A stretch of DNA of 64,000 nucleotides, taken from the NCBI GenBank assembly GCA_032718475.1, contig JAUCBJ010000788.1:143188-207187 (forward strand), in the 5' to 3' direction. The position numbers and the translations under genes are program-made. Below, piece after piece: positions 44,401-60,720 of this stretch (positions within the stretch are counted from its first letter, which is position 1; every line of letters begins with the position of its first letter). Under the pieces are notes generated by a model. It had not been told where the DNA came from. It searched no databases and saw only the letters and a program-made list of their open reading frames with translations. This DNA is from Nemertoderma westbladi. Lineage: Eukaryota; Animalia; Xenacoelomorpha.

Positions 44401-45338
44401 CAGTTCTAGTGGTCGTACGAAGTTCGTTTTAGGCTCAATCGAAAGCACCTTTCTCAGATAACAAAGTTACCATTTGATATTTAAGATGAAATACTATAGA
44501 TGCGATGCAACATAACATAAATTTGGTTCAAATATGGCTTGCAAATTTTGTTCAAGTCATGATTGTTCAGGCAGCGTTCAAGAGTTTGTCAAACCAAATA
44601 GTAACTTTGTTATCGGAGAAAAGTTATCACTAGAACTGGAGATTATACATATTAAAGATCCCCAATGACCAATAAGTCTATTCCGTATAATCCCGCATAG
44701 ACCGCGGAGTCGCTTAATCGAGTCCCGTCATTGTTGAAGTTGTACTTGAACTGGAATTGAAATTGTCTTATAATAATAAATCATAAAAAATACATTTGAA
44801 ATTAAAATTGTGTGACCTCTCTCGTGGAGACATCCAATTGGCACCACTGAGCATAGAAATTTGAAGAAATTGAATGCAAACCCCAAACTTCATCGCATTT
44901 ACCGATATCGCAATTTATCGGAGCCAGTATCTTCTACTCCAGATATCTTGAAAACTAAATAAGGTATGGGAAAACGGTTTCCATATTTGGATTCAGCATG
45001 AAATTCTCCCTCGGAAAGGATATGTTTCAAAAATTCGACTTTTTGGTCAGATAAAATTTTAAGACCCCGACCAAATATTTTAAATTTAATTTTTTTCACT
45101 TCTAATGATATAAGCAATAGGCCTACTCTAAAATAAAAATTGGCCATGGGTATTTTTCAAAGTCATTGAGCTACTTCAGGCACGGTGTGACAGACATGCT
45201 GTGTGCTCTTACAGTACTTACCATGCAAACTAGGCAATCTTCTCTAACATCATTGCTTCCTTCGAGCCTGTCTAACTCGTTGCACCTCAAACTGTATCCA
45301 ACTACAACAAATGTTGCTAATACCAACAATCTCAACAT
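41488..45338 (-). CDS. Small secreted three-finger (Ly6/uPAR-like) protein, 94 aa; exons 45338-45222 and 41655-41488
   Basis: MLRLLVLATFVVVGYS-LRC..DCLVCM|TSK..YC..LCEGKDNCHYQFCSEDLCN*. Signal peptide, 8 Cys and terminal CxxDLCN; GTAAGT donor and TTTCAG acceptor in phase 0. Confidence 0.8.
41908..42332. mobile_element. PIF/Harbinger-like MITE
   Basis: TIR GGGGCCGTCCAAGTATGACGTC / GACGTCATACTTGGAACGGCCCC, TAA on both sides. Confidence 0.85.
42488..45189. mobile_element. Non-autonomous foldback DNA transposon, CAC..GTG ends, 4-bp TSD (Chapaev-like)
   Basis: Perfect 33-bp TIR CACACCGTGCCTGAAGTAGCTCAATGACTTTGA with ACAG on both flanks; further inverted arms at about 43350-43410/45060-45120 and 44150-44475/44595-44915. 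Confidence 0.8.
42900..43340 (-). mobile_element. CRE-like non-LTR element 3' fragment (RLE region)
   Basis: ARLDISARGFW upstream, then FTPLVFSTGGAAGPEC..WLRCRISFSLVRSAGICLRG. Confidence 0.75.
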
Positions 45339-46478
45339 TTTCACAGAATTTATTTATTAATTTATTTGTAACCAAACAATAATTAAAATCAAAATAATTT
45401 TTTTCAACAAAAGATGAAGGACGTTTTTAAAAAATCCAAATTTTGAAATAAACCCTATCTGAATCCTTCTCACAGTTTTACAGAAGAATATTTCAGACAC
45501 TAGGCACACTGAAAGCAATAAGTTATGCAATATTGCACACGTTCGTGGGGCCTTCGCGCAGCACGAGGCCCAGTTATGAGATACAAATTAAAATTGTGCG
45601 ACTGTATCACAAAATCAGGTTATGAGAGATTAACCAACACCACCAATTAATCAAAGAAAGGGGGACAGTACGTGTTCACCCCTTTTAATCTGCACCCCCC
45701 CCCCCCTCCCTTCCCACCCACCAATACATAACCGCGACATCTACCACCCACGGAAGGGTAGCACGAACTTATTTCCAAACGCACGTTCAATATGCAAAGC
45801 CAGGTGGTTTATAGGAATATAATCAATGCAGTACTCGTCTTCATTATAAGCCTCTTTGCGTTCGACCTGTTTTGTATTAAAATATATTTATTAAACGCAG
45901 GCTGACGCTCTTTATAATAATAATACCTAGGGATGCCAGCTTCCAGACTTTCAATCTTTACTGCCGCGCAAACCCCGCAGAGGAAGTTTTGGTTTGAGAG
46001 ATCAAGCCCATCGGGCGATTATTGAAAAATGGTCACACTTCACATCAAAAAATTAACATCCCCATCACCAAAAATGGTTTCAATATCCTAAAAGTATGGT
46101 ATCTAAAGTGTAGGAAATGGGTATGGATGAGTAAATATTTGATCGCTTAGAAAAAATACTGGGATGTAAAGTCTGCTGAAAATTGATAACATAATTATCC
46201 TAATAATTTACGTTTTTAAAAGTAATTTAAAAATATTATGGTATACATTACCATGCAAAATGCATGCATATTTTGGAAGCACCACTGCAGTAAACCATTT
46301 TACAAAAATAATTATTGGATTTCAGTAAGCCATCTTACGGAAACAAATGATTTGCTCACTAGTGCTGGAAATTCCGTCAGTCACAGAAATTAGCAGTAAA
46401 GTTTAGTTATTCTGAAACAGAAAGGCTTTCTGGCAAACTTTCTTATCCACAAATTCTGATATTCTCCTGACCACAATG

Positions 46479-47245
46479 CATGACAAGGACTTTGCTGTGA
46501 AATTAGCGTAGGCTGACTGGTGACTGATGAATTATCAAATATTATATTTTCCATGAATGCAGGGTCCATATTTAAAAGAAGATGACTAGATTTTCGTAAA
46601 GAATTTAATTGAAACAGTATTTAATAATAAATAAATTAATTATCGCTCGAGTTCCTGCAGCTTTTATTCGTGGCAGGAATGTTTGAACGCTAATAAGTCG
46701 GTCAATCATGGATGAAATGGAACCAAACTTGGTACACTTGTAGTCTTAAAAAAATTTAGAAATTCTACACACAGACAGACTTCTACAGTTCCCCGGTCTG
46801 CCGCTAGGGGGCGAATTAACAGAAACGTAAAAATAGCTGTAATTATAGAACCAACGATCAGATTCATCTGAAATTTAGTAGTAGTTACCTAAGAGCATTG
46901 CTTAATTAGAAATTCTACAGAGACTTTTACAGTTCCTGTCTGCCGCTAGTGGGGAATTGTTAGAGCTCCAGTTCAACGTGCTTAGCACGGTTTAATAAAC
47001 AATCAATTAATTATTTTATTCAATACAGTAATTATAACAGTAAAATGCAATGTATTCTATTTTTTAGTGAAATCAAGAGATAGGAGGGGGGTGGGACTGG
47101 ACGCAAATCCCATCTTGGCGAATTAATATCCCGCCTCAATATTAATTTCTAAATTTTGGGAAAGGAGCAGGTTACAGTGGCACGTTATTTTAACCAAAAC
47201 AATAAAGTAAACACAATAGAACAGGTTACAGTTTTATTTTTGAGA
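46479..47245. repeat. 767-bp segment present as an apparently identical inverted copy at 63057-63823
   Basis: Reverse-complement match read at both ends and through the interior. Confidence 0.92.
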
Positions 47246-48243
47246 GTATTAAGCAATAAGTGTTTTGTTTAGGGACACAACAGTGTGAAATTTATACAGC
47301 CTTCAGTCGGATTTGAACCTGCGCCGCCAAACAACACTATTGTGGAAGGAATGTAAAAATGTAATCGGCCTCTAATTCACACATCTGTTTCTAGAGGTCG
47401 TGGGTTCGATCCCCGCATGGGTGCTAGGGTAGTTTTCGTTTCGGCACGAATGCTGTAAAGGACTTCTGCTAGCACGAATTCTAGCCAGGGCCCATATCTG
47501 CTTTGCATCCTTTATGGGAGCTAAATTAGTACCAGTTTCGTTTGGGGAGTATACTACTACAAAAATAAGTCGTTAGACTTCGCGTGCAATTCCTAAAGAA
47601 AGAAGAAAAAAAATTACTTTACTATTCATACAACCTCAAAATGCATGATAAACAATGAATGTAAGTATGGAATGACATGGACTGCAGTGGTCATTTATAA
47701 GACACTCGCTCACTTCGTGGGGCCTTCGCGCAGCACGAGATCCTAAATTAGAAAGTACAGTATACTAATCTCTATTAGATATAAGAAAACTGTGTTTCCT
47801 AAAATATATATGAGTGAAGGAGATGCTATCAGTTTGTGATAAACTAGTTGTAAAAATAGAGATCCATTTCAGTTTGCCCTTACACACTTTAACTGTCATT
47901 TGTAAACCTTCTAACTAGGGCTATTTAAGTTAAGTATGACATTTTTAGTTTTACAATACTCTTCTCCTTCATTAGCCTCATTGCGCTCGTCCTGTTTTGT
48001 CTTAAAATAATTTCCCTAAACGGAGACTAACGACCTTTATAACTGTGCAAAGTCTCGAAACTGTGAGAGTAACTGCTGATTTATGGCAGATGGATACTCG
48101 TATCCATTGTAAACTCGTTGCGTTCGTTCGTTTTTACCAAATTTCCTATTCTTTCAAAACTTTTGCCAGATTACATACATACCAAGTTTCGTTTTATTTC
48201 ATCGATGAATAACCAAGTTATTAGCGTTCAAAAAATTACGAGA
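47246..48243 (+). repeat. About 1-kb direct duplication of 52253-53250 (offset 5007)
   Basis: Apparently identical sequence leading into each microsatellite; both copies give the same ORF starts in the track. Confidence 0.95.
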
Positions 48244-49592
<1,349 letters not shown>

Positions 49593-49598
49593 TTGTCA

Positions 49599-51283
49599 AT
49601 GACAACACCAATAGAGGAATATGGACTGAGTGCCGTTGTGTTCCGGACACTTTTCATCACGGCCACGGCGCTGCTGTGTATCCTAGGTAACATAATAAAT
49701 ATGTTGGTGGTCTGGCAATGGCGCAGTCTGCGGAATACAACGCGTGCTTTCCTGCTGAGTCTAGCGGCGACAGACTTAGGTGTCGGTGTGTTTGTCTGTC
49801 TTTGGGCAATTATACCTAGTGTCACGGGAACTTGGCCTTTCGGTGGATTTTGGTGTATAGTTGTTGGGTCTGCGTCTAATCACTTTTGTTGCGTCAGGGA
49901 AGTGGCACTATATGTATTTCGCACAATAAACCGATACATTTAGTACCTACCTACTTTTATGGCCTTATTAACAGCTTCTTATTCTAATTAATTGCGAATC
50001 TGAAGTATATATCACGTTGGAGTGATGGTTAGATCATTAATAATAGGCATATTTCATATCACCTGGGCGAATAAATAAAATAGTCTATTCGACAATAAAA
50101 ACGTGTCTGAAAGAACTCCTTGTCACTAATTTCGTATTGAGTAATGCACTATCGGTGGAATGTTAGACCCAAAAATTCCTGACAACTCGTGCAAAACTTC
50201 ATACTCTCGGACGGAATAATTGAATTTCGCCCAATTAAAATTTATGACAAAAAGTGCTTCTTTCCGATACTTTTTCATAGATTTTTTTTATATTTATTAT
50301 TCTTATCGTTACTCTCACAAAGAAACTATTAAAAATACTATCTTCTAAATTTCTGTAATTCAAATTGTAGTTCTCAAATCGCTGTTTTCATACTTGAATG
50401 TGATTGATTGCTTGCTTTAACATTTTTTAAATAAAATGAATGTCCGTTAATCCTTCTTAATCAGCAACAATTAATTTATAATTATTTTATGACATTATGA
50501 AGCAAATTATTTATAGATTTCAGTTGTAATTTTCGATAGTGCGACTACCCTATTTGGCAACTTTACAGTATCCTGATGTTACTAGAAGTATCACTTGAAC
50601 GATGGCTGAGTATCGAATATACTTTCACTTTCGAAAGGATATCTACACGCAATAAAACAATAGCTATAATAATTTCCACTTGGATATTCGTATCCATGGA
50701 AACTTTAATTTCATTTTTTATTGCCAATCCTAACGGTGAAATGGGAATGATTTATTTCCACCCGACCATGTGTAACTGCTACCCAAAGTTCTACCAACGC
50801 CAATACGTATACTTCACGGGCGTAGCATTCGGGGTCTTTATTGCCGCGCCCAGTCTCATAATGATTGTTATTTACACGCGTTTGTTCGTGATTAGTCGTC
50901 GCCACGCCAACGTTATCCGCGAGCAACAAGCTGCGACCGACCGCTTTCACCATGGGAGGCCTTCTCAGGTGTCCGTGCGATCTAACCCACGTATGATTCT
51001 AGTTCTAGGCGTTGTTGTTGGTGGGTATCTGGTTGCTTGGTTACCGTTTGGTGTGTTTCAAGTGATTGGGCTAATACTTAACGAGGAGATGCCAGTTGTG
51101 TTGAACTTTGTGTTTTTGTGGTTGGGTTATAGCAACAGTTTCTGGAACGTTTTAATATACGCCGCGTCATCAAAGTGCTATCGAGACATTCTGGTTAGAG
51201 GCATACGAGTCGCGTTTTATAGTAACAGAATCGATGCTATATCCAATGGAAACGTTTGTGAACTAGTAGCTACAAGTAGATAG
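49599..51283 (+). CDS. Class A (rhodopsin-family) GPCR, amine-receptor-like orphan, about 337 aa; exons 49599-49897 and 50569-51283; donor reads GG
   Basis: GN (TM1), LAATD (TM2), WPFG..C, SLERW, W in TM4, P..I..IY (TM5), AWLPF (TM6), NSFWNVLIY (TM7). Confidence 0.85.
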
Positions 51284-51419
51284 GGCTACAGTTGTAGTAA
51301 GAAAGTCCTAAGTTCACTGCAAATTTTTTAAAATATAGATATTATAATATATATTTTTATATATATATTTTTAAATATAAACACTGTGCCCTAAAATAAC
51401 TTCTAAACTAATTACTAAA

Positions 51420-51620
51420 CTAAAATAAAGTTCGGCGTTTTTCATGTGTTGTCTCCAGCTGATGTTTAGTGCTGCCGTTAGTTGTAATCTTGTGTAACAA
51501 CCCCCCATTCTTTGTTCAAATGATTTCGTCAGAGTCCAGGTCCTGAAGTCTGTAAGTACTCTTTCCAAGTAGCTTGAAATAACTCGGTCTTCAGGGGACA
51601 GAAGAGGTCTGATTTCAAGG
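51420..51620 (-). mobile_element. RTE LINE fragment, same family as 21190-21777
   Basis: TWTLTKSFEQRMGGCYTRL..AALNISWRQHMKNAELY. Confidence 0.75.
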
Positions 51621-52046
51621 ACAGAATATATGTAGTACTGTATAATTGGAATGGCGTAGAAATACAGAACGAATAGGAATGTTTTATTGACAAACTATCA
51701 TTGGGTGGGAGGAGAATGATATTTGATGTTTGATGGATATGACAAGTCTGGCATGTATTGGCAATCGCAATATTTGAGGTATATTTTTATTACCACCCTC
51801 ACACCCCCCTCATTAGTAGCCTACAGTAGCAGCGGTGTACAGAATATACAGTATGGCAAAGTGGAAACAGAAGGGCAGAGAACTGACCCATATGGAGTGC
51901 TGAGACCGACTCTACAAGTGGTTTGATAGTTTCAGACAGCCATGAAGTGATGGATGGGGCAAATTTAACCCATACGTGCTAGCTTCTGTTAATAATTTGA
52001 ACAACGCCCATTCGAAATTCTAGGGTAGATAATATTGGTTCTATTT

Positions 52047-52333
52047 AAAAGTAAAGTAAAGTGATTGGTGAGAGTGTGAAATACAGTAGGGAACCCGAAT
52101 GCTCATCTCTCTTGGCTGTTACCTATAAGACTGTTAGTGCGCCACGCTTACTCCCAAGGGTAAATAGTCCGTAAATAACCAATCCCTTCTATACTACCCC
52201 CAGCAGAGAAGCCAAGTTCACATTGTACAGCTGGGTTATCGTAAGCACTAATGTATTAAGCAATAAGTGTTTTGTTTAGGGACACAACAGTGTGAAATTT
52301 ATACAGCCTTCAGTCGGATTTGAACCTGCGCCG
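52047..52333 (-). mobile_element. SINE with B box and (CTTTA)n tail; truncated copy at 47246-47326
   Basis: Minus strand GGTTCAAATCC, then TGTTGTGTCCCTAAACAAAACACTTA..AACCCAGCTGTACAATG, ending in CACTTTACTTTACTTT. Confidence 0.6.
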
Positions 52334-53250
52334 CCAAACAACACTATTGTGGAAGGAATGTAAAAATGTAATCGGCCTCTAATTCACACATCTGTTTCTA
52401 GAGGTCGTGGGTTCGATCCCCGCATGGGTGCTAGGGTAGTTTTCGTTTCGGCACGAATGCTGTAAAGGACTTCTGCTAGCACGAATTCTAGCCAGGGCCC
52501 ATATCTGCTTTGCATCCTTTATGGGAGCTAAATTAGTACCAGTTTCGTTTGGGGAGTATACTACTACAAAAATAAGTCGTTAGACTTCGCGTGCAATTCC
52601 TAAAGAAAGAAGAAAAAAAATTACTTTACTATTCATACAACCTCAAAATGCATGATAAACAATGAATGTAAGTATGGAATGACATGGACTGCAGTGGTCA
52701 TTTATAAGACACTCGCTCACTTCGTGGGGCCTTCGCGCAGCACGAGATCCTAAATTAGAAAGTACAGTATACTAATCTCTATTAGATATAAGAAAACTGT
52801 GTTTCCTAAAATATATATGAGTGAAGGAGATGCTATCAGTTTGTGATAAACTAGTTGTAAAAATAGAGATCCATTTCAGTTTGCCCTTACACACTTTAAC
52901 TGTCATTTGTAAACCTTCTAACTAGGGCTATTTAAGTTAAGTATGACATTTTTAGTTTTACAATACTCTTCTCCTTCATTAGCCTCATTGCGCTCGTCCT
53001 GTTTTGTCTTAAAATAATTTCCCTAAACGGAGACTAACGACCTTTATAACTGTGCAAAGTCTCGAAACTGTGAGAGTAACTGCTGATTTATGGCAGATGG
53101 ATACTCGTATCCATTGTAAACTCGTTGCGTTCGTTCGTTTTTACCAAATTTCCTATTCTTTCAAAACTTTTGCCAGATTACATACATACCAAGTTTCGTT
53201 TTATTTCATCGATGAATAACCAAGTTATTAGCGTTCAAAAAATTACGAGA

Positions 53251-54969
<1,719 letters not shown>

Positions 54970-56059
54970 TAAACAAAATATTCCAGAATATGATGCATTT
55001 ATTAAATAGAATAAAATGGCCTCGCGCTGGTGCATAACCATGCAACATTTGAACGCTCATATCTCAGCTATTTTTCAACGAAATTCAAATTGTGTTAAAT
55101 ATTTGGAATCCTTGCATGACCAGCTTTCCATTGGTACCAACTAACAGCTATAAGGTAGAAGAATAACTGCCGTGTAACTGGTGCAATATCGCTGGAGACA
55201 CTTTTTTTAAACGCTTGTAGCTAAAGATTGAAAGCAAAAATAAAAATTCTGGCTCACCCAGTCAGTGGTCGGGAGGTGAAACTATCTCTGTTTCAAATTT
55301 CATGCGATCTCATTAAGATTTGTAGAAAATTTAGGGGGGGGGGGGCGTGTCACTGAATTACGACACTATGTTCTGGGACATGGTGTAATATGTATAATAT
55401 GTACATGTATATACTGTATGTTCAGCAATAAAGCCAACATTTAACTCGAGCATAAATAAAACGATAGATTAATTATAATTTTAACGAACATTGTTTCCCA
55501 TTTGCGTAAAATTAACCTTGTGTTTGCATTGTTCGTTTTTGACCCTCAAGTTATCTAGGAATTCACCAAAACTGCCGATTTCGTTAAGGATAAGAGTTGG
55601 GTAAACAAACGTAAAGACAGTCCGAGGCACACATATTGACACACAGTGTGATTCGACAAACATAATTGTGCAAATATTCTACAGAGCATACTATCACATA
55701 CAGTAGGGAAAGGGACCTATAGTATAAGCCTACAGGTGTTGTAGGCCTACTGTGTAGGCCTACCGTTAGCTTCCTACGTGTGAGATTGTAAAAACAATCC
55801 CAAAGGAATGTACCCACTTCATGCAGTCACGAATTGGTAAATAAAACCCCGCTTCGGAAATACATTGTACATTGTGTTTTAGGTAAATTTGAAAGCATTT
55901 TGCAGAGCGCCTGTCAGGCATATTTGAAATGTATTATCCATTTACAATGCACTCTCAGAGTCAGCCACAAATAGTGAAAGATACAGTAGTTGTAGTAGTA
56001 CGGGGGGGGGGGGGGGGGACTGGGCGCAAATCCCATCTCGGCGAATAAATATTTCACCG

Positions 56060-57127
56060 CACGGCTGTTCCATGCCGAAACCCAGTAAGTGAAAAAACAC
56101 CATTTTGAGAAAATCGTATTTGAAGTATTTCGTATTGAAACTGATGCCATTTAGTCATATTTAATGGTATTTATTGTCTTGGTATTTACAATGTAGGCCT
56201 TATTTAATATGTATTATTTATATAATTAATTATGTATAATTTAGTATGTATTTAATATCAGTTAGTCATAACGTATATAAAATTCAAAAATTTAAAAATA
56301 AACATATCTATTAAAAATGCATATATACACGGTTTTGTCATGAAAAAATTTATAAATATAACGTCATATTGCTACTGTACTGTAGTTTTAAAACCCAGTA
56401 ACATACAGTACAGTCTTTCAGAAACAGTGTTTCAAAACCCAGTATCTGCGTAAAATTTATTATTAGCAAACAATACCACTTTCAAAATTGAGGTGGTTGG
56501 CAGGCCGAACTACATCTTATTTTAATGTAATATTTGTTAACACAAATTGGGAGGAGGGGGAATATTCCAAATTCAGCGTTTAAAGTTGCACCTTTTGTAT
56601 GTCTACTCCAGTCAGTATATCTAAATCAACTGCAAATAACAGCTGGATGCCATATAAAATTAAACTGTATAACAAATGTATAACAGTGTTCAATTTTGTA
56701 TTCCAATATCGGCAATATGAGTTAAATTAAATTAAATATAATACTGATTGATTATTCACTATCCATTTGCGTCATTCATACAGTAGAATCATAACAATCT
56801 CATAGTCTCAAAGTACCTAAATAGAGAATAGTCACAAAATAATAACTCCTGTTGCTGAAGATACTGGGTTTTGAAAGTTAAAAAAGTGACAGTGAAATAG
56901 TCAATCTCAAATTTGAAACCGAGTAAGTGGAAGTTTATGTGTTTTGTAATGGTATATTCCGTGAAATGTAATATAATTGACGTAGTTATTGGGTTTTGGA
57001 ACAGTGATATCTTCATCATGGTACTTTGAGACTTTCACAGATAAATTCTACACCCTCGAAAACCCCAATGATCTAATAAAAAAATTGCGAAAAATTTAAG
57101 TTACTGGGTTTTGGTATGGAGCAGCCG
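56060..57127. mobile_element. TIR element nested inside a copy of the local ~260-bp MITE family
   Basis: CGGCTGTTCCATGCCGAAACCCAGTAA and TTACTGGGTTTTGGTATGGAGCAGCCG; the flanks rejoin into the MITE seen at 47080-47245. Confidence 0.65.
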
Positions 57128-60100
57128 CTCATGTTAATTTACCAATTTAGGGAAAGGAGCTGGTACGTATAGTGGTACGTTATTCTAACCAAAACAATAA
57201 ACGAAAGTCAATAGATCAGGTTACAGTTTTATTTTCTGTTATTTGATGTGTTACAGTGTTCAGCTGTAACCATGTTTGCAGGTAACCATATCCATATGGC
57301 GCCTATTGTAGTGATACTTAAGAAGAATATAAGCCGTTTCGTTTTCTTATTTGGATGTTGTTTGACTCGACGCATATGCGCTGTCGTCATCGGTTCGAAA
57401 TCAAGAATAATAAGATTGTCACTGTTTGTAATATTATTACAATTAACGCCCAATAATTGGCATGCATCTATTTTGCATTTCAATGAAGCTGCTGTTATTA
57501 TTCCACGAGCATTTAGTTGGTATTTGATAAATAATAATAGCTGAATTTTGAGTTACAGCCAGGAAGGGATATTAAACATTTAAGGCTTAATGTAACTGCA
57601 CCCATCACAATACCCAATATATGCTACATTTAATCTAGATAGACCTTCTTACAGTATGATCACAGACGAGTGAAGATTATTGAAGAATATCCGATCTCGG
57701 CGAATTAAGACATGTCTTTGCTAATTAAAAATGATAATTATCAATTAAGGGAAAGGACGCGAACAGATGATAATGGAACGTCATTAAAAAAAATAATAAA
57801 AGAAAGTCAATAGCACATGTTATAGGTTTAATTTTGGTGTTAATCATCTGTTAAATTCGAGTATACATATTTTCCGGTAGTAAAAATTCACTTGATTGCA
57901 TCAAATGTCTCCACTCCATATCTGACAACTGTCTTAAAGACGGCCAAGTATATTATGGTTAATTAAAGTGGCTGCAATGAAGTGGTGTTATGCCTATTGG
58001 GAGGCCGTAATGAAGGAGCTGAATTGGAGACAGACATGACATACTGTACAGCACGAGGTTGTCCCAAATGGAAGTCAATGCCGATTTTGCTAAGCTGCGC
58101 CCAACGGAAATTTAGATATTAATAATATTTTTTATTTTACAAGTTAATTGAGCGTGCGGGTGACATCTGACATGTAGTTCGGCAAAGATTCTACGAACGA
58201 GAACAATGAAATTGCTGTTTTTGTATCAGTTGTGTCTGTCGTAAAGACTGGACTGGACGCAATAAAAATTAATCCCTCTCCTCTGGGGGAAATTGAACGC
58301 AAATAACAGCTGATTACTCTCAAAAATAAAACTGTAACCTGTTTTATTGTATTTAGTTTATTGTTTTGGTTAAAATAACGTGCCACTGCAACCTGCTCCT
58401 TTCCCTAAATTGTGAATTTAACATTGGGGCGGGATATTAGAGAAATAGAGATATAGAGAAAGAGACTAACTGTTACCGGTACATACTGTATATTGTTATC
58501 GCAATGCCATTTACATGCACTGAGTGCGGAAGGATTTTCAACCGCAGTGGTTTTTTAAAGGGTAATGATAGTGAATGGCAATAATGATGTAACTATCCAT
58601 AACCAAGACAATAAACTATATAATGTACAAAGTATATGTACAGTACATTAGTATAAGAGGTCATATTAGACTTCGCAATTGTGATCGCATTTAGTTATTT
58701 TAGTTTTTATCTTCCCAATAATATAATGTAATGCAAAATATTTTTGTTAATACATTGGTAATATGCATTCATCGGCATTAATATCAATAGTAATCCACAA
58801 TCACAATACAACTCAGAGATGGAGGGGGGGGGTGACATATAATCGATTATACCCGTGAGATAAAACAAGTATATTTCCTTTCATCCCCTCCAATGTTTTA
58901 TCAATGACCATATGACCAACGTTATCTTTGTTTTTTTCGACGAAATATAGTGTTTGAAGGCCTATTACACTTCTTTATTTATTCTTTAGTGTAGGCCTAT
59001 CATCCACGCACCATTCCACGAATAACTGTTATTATCTAAGTTGTCAATAGTTTATTATCGATGTCACGTCTTGACGTCTTGGTTTCCCGTCCTATTATTC
59101 CCCTTGTGTCCACCGCGGCAGGCCTAAACAGGCGACATATACTGTATTACTGTAGTACACGGTAGTCCTATATTTCGCTTCATTGTTCTGTAAATATCGA
59201 TTGAAACAGGAAGTGCTGTATATTAGGTATTCCGTCAGCTATTCCTTTATTTGCGACAACTGTGCGTTCAGTAGCTGTGGGATTTTGAAGTTTATGGTGA
59301 CAAATAAAAGCAGTAATAATGCTTCACAAGGCCAGGTTCGTACTTACATTCAACTTTCAAATCTTGAGTAGGGTACTGTACAGTAAATCCGGGTAGGCCT
59401 TCACAACATTCGACTCGCCACTTGCACCTCATGAAATTGTCTGGAAAATTTCTCTGAATTTACATAAAAATTCAGGATGAACATGGTGTGAAATTCTGAC
59501 TTAAGGGGGGGGGGGGGGGGGGGGGGCAACCAACGTGGATGGTTAATAATTAAAACAGCTGCGTCAAGCGGACGTGTTAGGCTGAAATTAACCTGTCCCA
59601 TATGGATCTTGATTAGCTTAAGTAATTTCAGAGTGTATAGTAATTACCTTTAATGCGTGACGCGTCCGCCTGTGTTGGGGCTCCCTTGACCTAAGGTCAT
59701 GGGGCTCCTCTCATAAACATCATTAATCATCCACCACGCATGTGGTGCACATCCGGTAAGAGTGGTATACAATTAGTAAAAAAAAAACGAGTAGCATCAT
59801 AAGACTCGCACAGCACAAGACAATATCAAAATAATGTGACCCATTAAAATTGCACTTATAAATTAAATCATTGATAAAAATAAAAATCAATGATTTCTGT
59901 AATTTGTCCACCAAATAGGAGAAAATTCGTGGAGGTCAGAGCTGCCGCTCACTCATAGGGTCGTATTATGTTATCTGCTTCATATAACGTCGTTCTAATT
60001 TAAAATTTAGTCTAGCCAATGTTTAATAATATTGTACTGTATGTGCTCTCGTATGCTCTCGTAATACTGTAAGAGTTCGATCTGGGGAGGTATGTCGCAG

Positions 60101-60383
60101 ATTAGAACGCTAGTCTATGCCTGTTGATTTACTGTAGAAGTCAGTCTACGTCTGTGTAGTTAGTTAGGTATTAAACTACGTCAACGAATTCAAGGGGTTT
60201 ACACAACGAATACAAAATTAATTAGTTTTTGCAGACCGCCATTTCACCCTGACAGTGAGCCACTTCAGACGGCAGTTTCTAAAGTAGGCCCCTACTGTAC
60301 AATTTCGCTTTGCTTGGGTTAGGCCTCGGCTAAATAATATAATACATACTGTTTTTTTTACTCGTACTATTTTTAAGGAGATT

Positions 60384-60720
60384 TCATCCTGAGGAGCTCA
60401 TACGGATGCCGAGCCAATAGCAATAGCACATTGAATGGCGATACTCGGCGTCGAGGAAATGGAGGCCTTGGCTTTGATTGTGTGTAGCCAGCCAGTCTCC
60501 TGTATGTGGCAGGGAGGTGGAGTTGGCAAGTACCTTAGACTTGGGGTCGGAGACCTTGGAGATTAGATCTTCAAACAAGGCTAGATCGATGGAGTGGGAG
60601 AGTTGGCGAGGAGTGACTGGAGAAAGTAGTGTTTCTAGGATAGACCAGTCAGGTTCTATGGCAACCTGCGCCAGGGAAATCAGGGTCGGGGTGAGGTGAG
60701 GCATGAGGGTCGAAAGCAGG
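60384..60720 (-). mobile_element. CRE-like non-LTR fragment
   Basis: QLSHSIDL..SLPHTGDWL..GLHFLDAEYR..WLG resembles the CRE region before the zinc finger (compare AGCWLDALP..LGLKLTDTQFR at about 32330). Confidence 0.6.
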
